In this document: piece by piece, positions 25,911 through 32,000 of the stretch
Layout: each line of letters opens with the position of its first letter
How positions within the stretch are numbered: the first letter of the stretch is position 1
Assembly: GCF_965196625.1 (NCBI RefSeq)
Contig: NZ_OZ239769.1
Location: 30,001 to 62,000 of the forward strand
Reading direction: 5' to 3'
Length of the DNA: 32,000 nucleotides
Origin: Candidatus Saccharimonadota bacterium
Lineage (GTDB): Bacteria > Bacteroidota > Bacteroidia > Cytophagales > Amoebophilaceae
Position numbers and translations under genes: made by a program
Notes under the pieces: model-generated
Seen by the model: only the letters and a program-made list of their open reading frames with translations
Told to the model about the DNA's origin: nothing
Databases searched by the model: none

Positions 25911-28334
25911 CTATTTAGCTTGTAGTTTGCGTTGTCCGTCTACCCACTCAGCAATCCCTAATCGATCATCTCCTTTCGCTTGAATCAGCCTGGTAATAGC
26001 GTTTCTTTCATCTGGCCTAGAGGTGAGTAGTGCATGTTCCCAAAGTGATGTGTGCAGCAGCCATATGTTAGCCTCTCCCATTTCTTTGATAAAAACTTCT
26101 CTATATCCACTTGACCCATTTTTTCGTCTTAAGCTTTCATATTTTTCCCTTTCAAAGGGAGTCATGCCTATAAATGCTCCAATATCTTCCCTACTCGATT
26201 TTTTCTCATTGTAAAGCAGTATAAAAGTAGAGGCATTGTTTTTCATCGCACCAGCTATTTTAGAGGCTTTGATTTCATCTATGTTTTGGGTAATGATCCG
26301 AATGGAAGTTTTGGTTTTTCTGCCTTTTCTAAAAAAGGCTTCAATGTTTTCTTCGGCATAGTCATCTAACATCGTCCACCCTTCTTCAATGTCAATAAAT
26401 TTAGCTACGTCAGGATATTGGGCAACCATTTCAAAGGCAAACTCAAATAGCACTTGTACGACAAGGGGATAAAGTTTAGGATTGTTTTTGATTGCTTCTA
26501 ACTCAAAACAAATGAGTTTATGGTCTTCTAAATAGACCTGCTCGTAGGAATTAAAATGCGCTTTATAGATCCCATGGGCAAAAGGATGGAGTACAATGAA
26601 AAATTCATGAAATGGGAACAATCTATCACCAGTTAATCTTTGAATCTGTTTGTCTTTCTGATCTACTAGTTGTTTGAGATAGTTATAAAATCCAGTTAAG
26701 CTCGGTACAGAGGCCTTATCTAGAGTAGCATAATAGCCTGGTATCCATTCAAATAGCAGCGCTTTCTCTACTTCACTCATGGGATTTGCATTTAAATCTC
26801 CCTTCCATATTTTTCCAATCAGTTGTACCAAAAAAGTTACTTTATTGATATCTGGCTTAAATAAGCCATCTGCTTCAGGTTTGATCAGAAATGGATTTAA
26901 ATGGAGTGGTGTTTCGGCATTGTATTCGATGTATTTCCCGCCTAATATTTGAAAAAGTCTTCTATAGGTACCTCCACTATCTATTACAATCACTATATGA
27001 CCTGCTTGAAACCGATCCTTAATCATTTTTCCATTAAAAAAAGATTTACCAGATCCAGAAGGACCAAAAACAAAAGCATTTTGGTTGTCTAAGTCGAGAT
27101 TAAATGGATCATAATAGATGGGTGTTTCTTGTCTACTCGCCAGTAGTATACCACTATCACTACTGCTTCTAGGCGTAATCATATTGAAATAGGCCAGTGC
27201 AGTTTTAAGTGCCATCGGTTGACCCCGGTAAAGCTGATGGCCATTGCCGGGTATCGCTGAAAAATATAGATTAACGGTATCATAGTCCTCTACGAAAGGG
27301 GCGATATCTAGTGTTTTAAATACTTTTTTAACCTTTTCAATGTTATCAGCTAATTGTCTTGGATCTACTTCATAAAGGATAACCAGATAGTTCAAGGTTA
27401 CGATCACTTCTTCTTGTGTTCTAATGGCTGATTCAAAGGCAATCAACGCTTCCATATCTTGGTTTACATTACGAATGGCTCGGCCACTGCGTTTAGTCGC
27501 TTGGCTCCATTCTAATGCTTTGGTACGGCTTTGTAAAAAATCTTCTGTATTTTGAATGGCAATGGCTTGTACAACAATATGGGGACAGTCCATATAGTGG
27601 CTTAACGCCCAGGTAAAAGGTACGGTTACCCCTCCCCCATTGCCTAACCCGTTTTTACTGGTGTAGTCTGGTTTACTCGATTGGCTTTGCATCGATACAA
27701 TCGCTACCTGCTTATTACCAATTTTAAAAAATCCTTTTTGATTGGTCAGGCCATGCTCTAAACCATCTATGGTGCCACTAAAATCTAAGTTGAGCCAGGC
27801 ATAAAGCAAGTTAATATTATCTGATGCAGTCAACTGTCTATAGTGCCAACCATCTGGAAAGGCAGATTCTAACTCTAGGCTACATTTTTTTACTTGATCT
27901 ATTGTTTTATTGAGTTCTGCCAGTGGATGTTTAAAGCAACCTTTCCCACAAGAAAAAGTAGTCGTATGCGGCTCTATGCTATGGGTAGTAAGCCTACATA
28001 TGACGAATAGATAGGTTACATGGTTTAAAAAAATATGTCCATTATAGTGTTCAATCTGCTTTTGATGAAAAAAGTTGTAGTCATTTTGAGTTTCTATATA
28101 AAATGTTTTATTGGAATAGCTATCTAATTGTTGTATAACAGTTCCAATAGGAAATTTTCGAATGGTCTGGGCTAGGGTATCTATACAATTTTTATAGGTT
28201 CCCTCTCCTACCCCTTCATCAGGAAATAAACTCAATTGATAGCCTATGGCTACCGCTCCATCTTCCAAAATGATGGACCCATCTTGAAATTCAGTAATGG
28301 GTAGATAGTTTTCTATATATTTTTCTTGTAACAC
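25911..28334 (-). CDS. traG: TraG-family conjugative-transposon ATPase (VirB4 homologue)
   Basis: 807 aa. Walker A FVFGPSGSGKSF, Walker B-like VIVIDSGG / FIDIEEGW. Size and N-terminal pattern (YLPITEFQDGSIILEDGAVAIGYQLSL) are typical of Bacteroidota TraG. Start is GTG. Confidence 0.9.
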   Translation of the reverse strand: MLQEKYIENYLPITEFQDGSIILEDGAVAIGYQLSLFPDEGVGEGTYKNCIDTLAQTIRKFPIGTVIQQLDSYSNKTFYIETQNDYNFFHQKQIEHYNGHIFLNHVTYLFVICRLTTHSIEPHTTTFSCGKGCFKHPLAELNKTIDQVKKCSLELESAFPDGWHYRQLTASDNINLLYAWLNLDFSGTIDGLEHGLTNQKGFFKIGNKQVAIVSMQSQSSKPDYTSKNGLGNGGGVTVPFTWALSHYMDCPHIVVQAIAIQNTEDFLQSRTKALEWSQATKRSGRAIRNVNQDMEALIAFESAIRTQEEVIVTLNYLVILYEVDPRQLADNIEKVKKVFKTLDIAPFVEDYDTVNLYFSAIPGNGHQLYRGQPMALKTALAYFNMITPRSSSDSGILLASRQETPIYYDPFNLDLDNQNAFVFGPSGSGKSFFNGKMIKDRFQAGHIVIVIDSGGTYRRLFQILGGKYIEYNAETPLHLNPFLIKPEADGLFKPDINKVTFLVQLIGKIWKGDLNANPMSEVEKALLFEWIPGYYATLDKASVPSLTGFYNYLKQLVDQKDKQIQRLTGDRLFPFHEFFIVLHPFAHGIYKAHFNSYEQVYLEDHKLICFELEAIKNNPKLYPLVVQVLFEFAFEMVAQYPDVAKFIDIEEGWTMLDDYAEENIEAFFRKGRKTKTSIRIITQNIDEIKASKIAGAMKNNASTFILLYNEKKSSREDIGAFIGMTPFEREKYESLRRKNGSSGYREVFIKEMGEANIWLLHTSLWEHALLTSRPDERNAITRLIQAKGDDRLGIAEWVDGQRKLQAK

Positions 28335-28621
28335 AGTTTACTGTTTTTTGCGTTCATATACTTCGGTTGCTTGAAATGAAAAGCCATCCAAGAAAACAAA
28401 TAGGTGGGATTTTGGCTTTTTCTAGTAGATCTTAATAGGAGCAATAGTAGAAAACATGAAGCAGGACCGGTTAACATCCATAGCTTACTGATCTTAAAGA
28501 TTTTATTTAAAACCATTAACCCAAAGAGAGAGACCATGCTAAAGAGTACCAGTAGTAATGCTTCATGGGTATAAAGAGGACCTATCATCCCTCTTTTTTC
28601 TATGCTTTTATTAACGATCAT
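28313..28621 (-). CDS. traF: TraF-like small membrane protein (DUF4133, VirB3-like)
   Basis: MIVNKSIEKRGMIGPLYTHEALLLVLF... with two hydrophobic helices. It sits between the TraE-like gene and TraG, with a TAATG stop/start overlap with the TraE-like gene. Confidence 0.65.
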   Translation of the reverse strand: MIVNKSIEKRGMIGPLYTHEALLLVLFSMVSLFGLMVLNKIFKISKLWMLTGPASCFLLLLLLRSTRKSQNPTYLFSWMAFHFKQPKYMNAKNSKLCYKKNI

Positions 28622-28854
28622 TATTGATTACCAAACATATCCATAATTTCTGAAATGATAGAAGAGCAGACAAAGAAAAAGAAAATGCCTACTATCCACC
28701 AGATGGCATAGCTCATTGCTTCCTTTTTATCCCTGCTACTGATAAATTTTGCCGCTACCATCAATCCTGTAACGGTGGCTGCAATAATAAATATGGTGTT
28801 GGTAATACTGCCGGTCCAATCTTTTAATTCTTCTAAATTGTCATGTAATGCCAT
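28621..28854 (-). CDS. traE: TraE-like small membrane protein (DUF4134, pilin/VirB2-like)
   Basis: 77 aa, two TM helices, with the pattern AATVTGLMVAAKFISSRDKKEAMSYAIWWIVGIFFFF similar to DUF4134 (..GA.KVY.KW..GD.D..K.A..W..). Confidence 0.65.
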   Translation of the reverse strand: MALHDNLEELKDWTGSITNTIFIIAATVTGLMVAAKFISSRDKKEAMSYAIWWIVGIFFFFVCSSIISEIMDMFGNQ

Positions 28855-28860
28855 AGATTG

Positions 28861-30276
28861 TTAATGTTTTAAATCAGATATAAGGTTTTTTCGCATCTCC
28901 TTATAGAAATGAATATCGATAGCCGCTAACTGCTCCCTAATATTTTCGATAGTTATTGGTAAATGGCTAAATAATTTAGGCTCCTTATCCACTTCATTAA
29001 GGAATTCAGTTATCGTTTTTGGGTTCTCATCACGCCAAGTAGGTATGTATTTGTTTTCGAAGAAAACAAAACTATTCCTTATGGCAGAGTTTGCTAGGGA
29101 TAATATTTCAGAGGCACGTACAGCCCCTTCAAAACGAGCTTGATTTTCTTTTAAGAATGAATCATAGTCTTTAGCGATTGATGCTATTTTGGTTTTTTCT
29201 TTTTTCTGCTTTAGTAGGTTCTTCATTTTAGCAAGAATTTGTTTAGACGCTTTGATGGTTTTATCTCTGATATCTGGGTCTGTTGTAGTGTAAATTAAAT
29301 CCGAAAGTAATGTTTTATATTCGTTGATCTTGGATGCTAATATGGACAATATTATACTAGAAATATCTACCTGAAGTTTTTCTTTTCGACCACCTGGATG
29401 GATGATAGAGAAACCTACTATTGGCCTGCCAGATAGATTTTCAATAGCTGGGGAGCAACCTATGTAGGTAGTGCCTCCTTGTAACTTTAATGGTCTAGTA
29501 AGTTCATGACTACTTGACGCATCATGTAGGCTACCTGTTACCCCACCTTCAAAATGCCAATCTTCTATAATCCATGCTTCATCACCTATTAAATGGTTAC
29601 CACCTAACGTTAACGCAATATTTTCATTACAGATAATCTGAGCAAAAAATACCCTATCTTGAAGTGGATAATCAGTATTTTCTAATGAAACGGTAGTGGT
29701 ACGTAGTTTACTATTAGAATGATCTTCACTTAATGGCTTTAAAGTTTCTGAAAACTTTGTTTCTTCTTCTTGAATCGATTTTTGTATAGCTTTTTTGTGC
29801 CAAATATATAACCCGTAGGTTGCTAATTTATGGCTAGATTCAGGTGCCTCATTGCCATACTTATCTATCAATAAGGTGTCTAAGGTAATTGTACAATGGC
29901 CACTATCTTCATCAACCGCTGGTATAAAAAATAATGGATAGCCATCATCCTTATAGACAAAATCATGTCCATCCCCTAATAGATCTCGATTTTCTGTTTC
30001 TAAGTGCCCTGAGATGCCTTCTATAGATATCTTTTTAATCCTGAAGCCCATACCATTATTTTTTATATGTTCATTTTCAGATGTAAACAATATATGTATA
30101 GGAATCCTTTGATCTTCAAAATATCCTGTCTGGTTGTCTGACCTAAGTGAAACGGTATAACTCGGTGTCTGTCTTGATAAGTCTTGTTGAGCTCCCCTAT
30201 GGAAAAAACAAGCTTGCAAAGTGTTCAAAATGATCACTAAAAATAGTTTGAATAAATAAAATAATGGATGCATCAT
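28861..30276 (-). CDS. Putative lipoprotein leading the tra operon (two related beta-rich modules plus a helical tail)
   Basis: Signal with a possible lipobox (LNTLQA|C). Segments SENEHIKNNGMGFRIKKISIEGISGHL and NENIALTLGGNHLIGDEAWIIEDWHFEGGVTGSL look like an internal duplication. The stop lies 6 nt before the TraE-like start. Confidence 0.6.
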   Translation of the reverse strand: MMHPLFYLFKLFLVIILNTLQACFFHRGAQQDLSRQTPSYTVSLRSDNQTGYFEDQRIPIHILFTSENEHIKNNGMGFRIKKISIEGISGHLETENRDLLGDGHDFVYKDDGYPLFFIPAVDEDSGHCTITLDTLLIDKYGNEAPESSHKLATYGLYIWHKKAIQKSIQEEETKFSETLKPLSEDHSNSKLRTTTVSLENTDYPLQDRVFFAQIICNENIALTLGGNHLIGDEAWIIEDWHFEGGVTGSLHDASSSHELTRPLKLQGGTTYIGCSPAIENLSGRPIVGFSIIHPGGRKEKLQVDISSIILSILASKINEYKTLLSDLIYTTTDPDIRDKTIKASKQILAKMKNLLKQKKEKTKIASIAKDYDSFLKENQARFEGAVRASEILSLANSAIRNSFVFFENKYIPTWRDENPKTITEFLNEVDKEPKLFSHLPITIENIREQLAAIDIHFYKEMRKNLISDLKH

Positions 30277-30391
30277 TTGAGTATTTATTGAAGGTTTTGA
30301 TAATTAAGATTTATTTAATATTTTTATGTTAAAATGGGTTTGTATAAATATTTATTTTGTATGTAATACCTACATAATTAAATGGGTTAGT

Positions 30392-30972
30392 TTATAGGTT
30401 GTACTGTAAGAAAAGACCCACTAATAATCCGCTAGTTCCTTTATCTTTAAAAAACCCAATACAAGGACCTATTCCTATACCAATAGTCCATTTTGATTGA
30501 AATAAAAAGTATAATGGAGCCCTAAGGTTACTCTGATATCCCACCCATTCCGATTTGGCAATCCAAAAATAATAGCCTGATAAGGACCATATTCTATAAT
30601 AGGTCCTAGAGACAAACTGATGTAATGGTGCGCATTTATAGCACAAAGTGTATATAAAAACGAGGGTGCAATGACCCATCGCATATGTTTTTTATAGTTA
30701 AATTTAACAGGTGAAATACCTCCACTTAAGTGCAAGGCTATCGATGGACTCAGATGCCCATGATAATAGATACCATAACACATCTGATGATCCGGCATTC
30801 TATGCCAAACTAGACCTACAGATTTACAACCTTCTGTATGTCTTAAAAATGGTGATTTAACTTCTTTTACATGACTAACTGTGTAACTAGTATGATTTCC
30901 TAAATCTTCTTTGCCCTGCAAAGGAGTATAAAACATTAAAAGCAGTATAAATATTTTGCGAAAGTATTGCAT
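30392..30972 (-). pseudogene. Signal-peptide protein with beta-strand-like alternating pattern (possible outer-membrane barrel), frameshifted near 30480..30500
   Basis: ORF 30475..30972 ends ..GLHYTFYFNQNGLLV*. The overlapping ORF 30392..30679 continues sensibly in another frame (..KWTIGIGIGPCIGFFKDKGTSGLLVGLFLQYNL*). The junction is at the caaaatgg A-run. Confidence 0.5.
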
Positions 30973-31051
30973 ATTTATAAAAATTTATGAATTATACAAA
31001 ACTTTTTTGATAAAAGCAATAGATTTAAAATTATTTTTTATATTTTTATGA

Positions 31052-32000
31052 ATGAACCAAAATATTTCTATAGTATTTGCTTTTTTGATAGGCTATCAGC
31101 TGTTCTTTTACCTACATCTACTCTATTTAAATGATATAGCCCTTATACCTGATGCATTGGCTACACTCCTATCTTATTGTATAGCTGTGCAACATAACTG
31201 GATGGTGAATAGCCTATACGTACTATGCTTACTCCATTATCAATATGATAAAGTCATTAGGTTGATGGAAAGACTTAAACAAAAATGGCACTTTAACAGT
31301 TTGTTAATATTAGGTTGGGCGGTGCTTTTCTGTTGTTATGTAATGTATTACCCTATATTTTGGGTAAAAGGGAATTTCCATATCTGGTTATATCCCCTAC
31401 TTTTTTTATTAGTTACCTGTGTAATCTCATTGGATAACGATAAAGGGCATTCCCAACTGATCAATCCCACTAAGACGCAAAACAGAGAAAAGAATATCAC
31501 ATTACCTGCAGATAATGGACAATTACCCATTAATAATCCACAAAGGGGGATATACATTTTAGGAAACCAAGGTAGTGGCAAGACGCGCTATGTATTGGAG
31601 CCTATATTATACGCATTGATAAAAAAAGGTTATGCTGGAATCATCTATGATTATGACTTTGAAGGAAGACCCACTGCACTTGATCACAACTACTGTCTTA
31701 CAAAGTTCGCTTTTAACTGTTTTTTACAGTTCTGCGATCCTACTACATTTCAATTCCATAGCATCAATTTTACCTCTCTTAGACATAGTATACGCGTCAA
31801 CCCTATTGCACCAAGATATATTCTAAACAGGGCCTACTTAGAGGAATACACCAGTGTACTATTACATAACCTGGTTCCGGATAAAAAAGATGATTTTTGG
31901 AACCTAAGTACCAAAACATTGCTAAAAGGGATGATTGTTTTTTTGGCTAATAGAAGACCTCGGTGTTGTACCTTACCGCATGTTTTAGTACTGGCTACCA
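31052..32000 (+). CDS. Type IV coupling protein (TraD/VirD4/MobC-like), N-terminal ~316 aa; continues past the right window edge
   Basis: Hand translation from ATG 31052 has no stop to nt 31999. It begins MNQNISIVFAFLIGYQLFFYLHLLYL... (hydrophobic helices), then INNPQRGIYILGNQGSGKTRYVLEPILYALIKKGYAGIIYDYDFEG (Walker A in the T4CP context), later DDFWNLSTKTLLKGMIVFLAN. It is absent from the track, apparently because it lacks a stop codon in the window. Confidence 0.75.
   Translation, partial: MNQNISIVFAFLIGYQLFFYLHLLYLNDIALIPDALATLLSYCIAVQHNWMVNSLYVLCLLHYQYDKVIRLMERLKQKWHFNSLLILGWAVLFCCYVMYYPIFWVKGNFHIWLYPLLFLLVTCVISLDNDKGHSQLINPTKTQNREKNITLPADNGQLPINNPQRGIYILGNQGSGKTRYVLEPILYALIKKGYAGIIYDYDFEGRPTALDHNYCLTKFAFNCFLQFCDPTTFQFHSINFTSLRHSIRVNPIAPRYILNRAYLEEYTSVLLHNLVPDKKDDFWNLSTKTLLKGMIVFLANRRPRCCTLPHVLVLAT

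Noticed and set aside
30392-30972. Assignment of the frameshifted signal-peptide protein as a PagL-like lipid A deacylase / acyloxyacyl hydrolase
   Set aside because: The only H-x-S-like string (LHLSGG) is not in the expected C-terminal position, and no other family motifs were recognised. Kept only as a generic possible outer-membrane protein.

Overview
AT-rich window (about one-third GC by eye) whose protein families point to a Bacteroidota genome undergoing gene decay. The style resembles IS-rich intracellular symbionts, but that is inference only. It is a mosaic of three kinds of sequence. (1) Housekeeping-like genes: a XerC/D-type recombinase, a Nudix hydrolase, and two paralogous large membrane sensor-like proteins. 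(2) Mobile DNA: a complete IS256-family element with 8-bp target duplications inserted in a symporter-fusion gene, and a GC-richer serine-recombinase island. (3) A Bacteroidota-type conjugative element (CTnDOT-like Tra/MPF-B). This comprises a tightly coupled minus-strand operon (lipoprotein-TraE-TraF-TraG-TraJ-TraK-TraN-TraM-secreted protein-AAA/PDDEXK protein), a MobV-family relaxase with a DUF3991/Toprim tail, an upstream hairpin pair that looks like a pMV158-type oriT, and a divergent coupling-protein gene running off the right edge that is absent from the ORF track. Five genes look broken: an in-frame TAG in a DUF1016 nuclease, frameshifts in a primase, in the relaxase-primase and in an outer-membrane-like protein, and an IS insertion plus 3' truncation in the symporter fusion. 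The T4SS channel genes all remain intact. Other points worth a second look are a catalytically degenerate SpoT-like HD domain on the membrane sensor family, two operator-like palindromes with identical N14 spacing in a 0.9-kb non-coding region, a near-perfect 174-bp duplication inside a lipoprotein gene, and nested inverted repeats in a convergent intergenic region. I saw no rRNA, tRNA or CRISPR array. All family calls rest on motif and pattern recognition by eye, not on searches.
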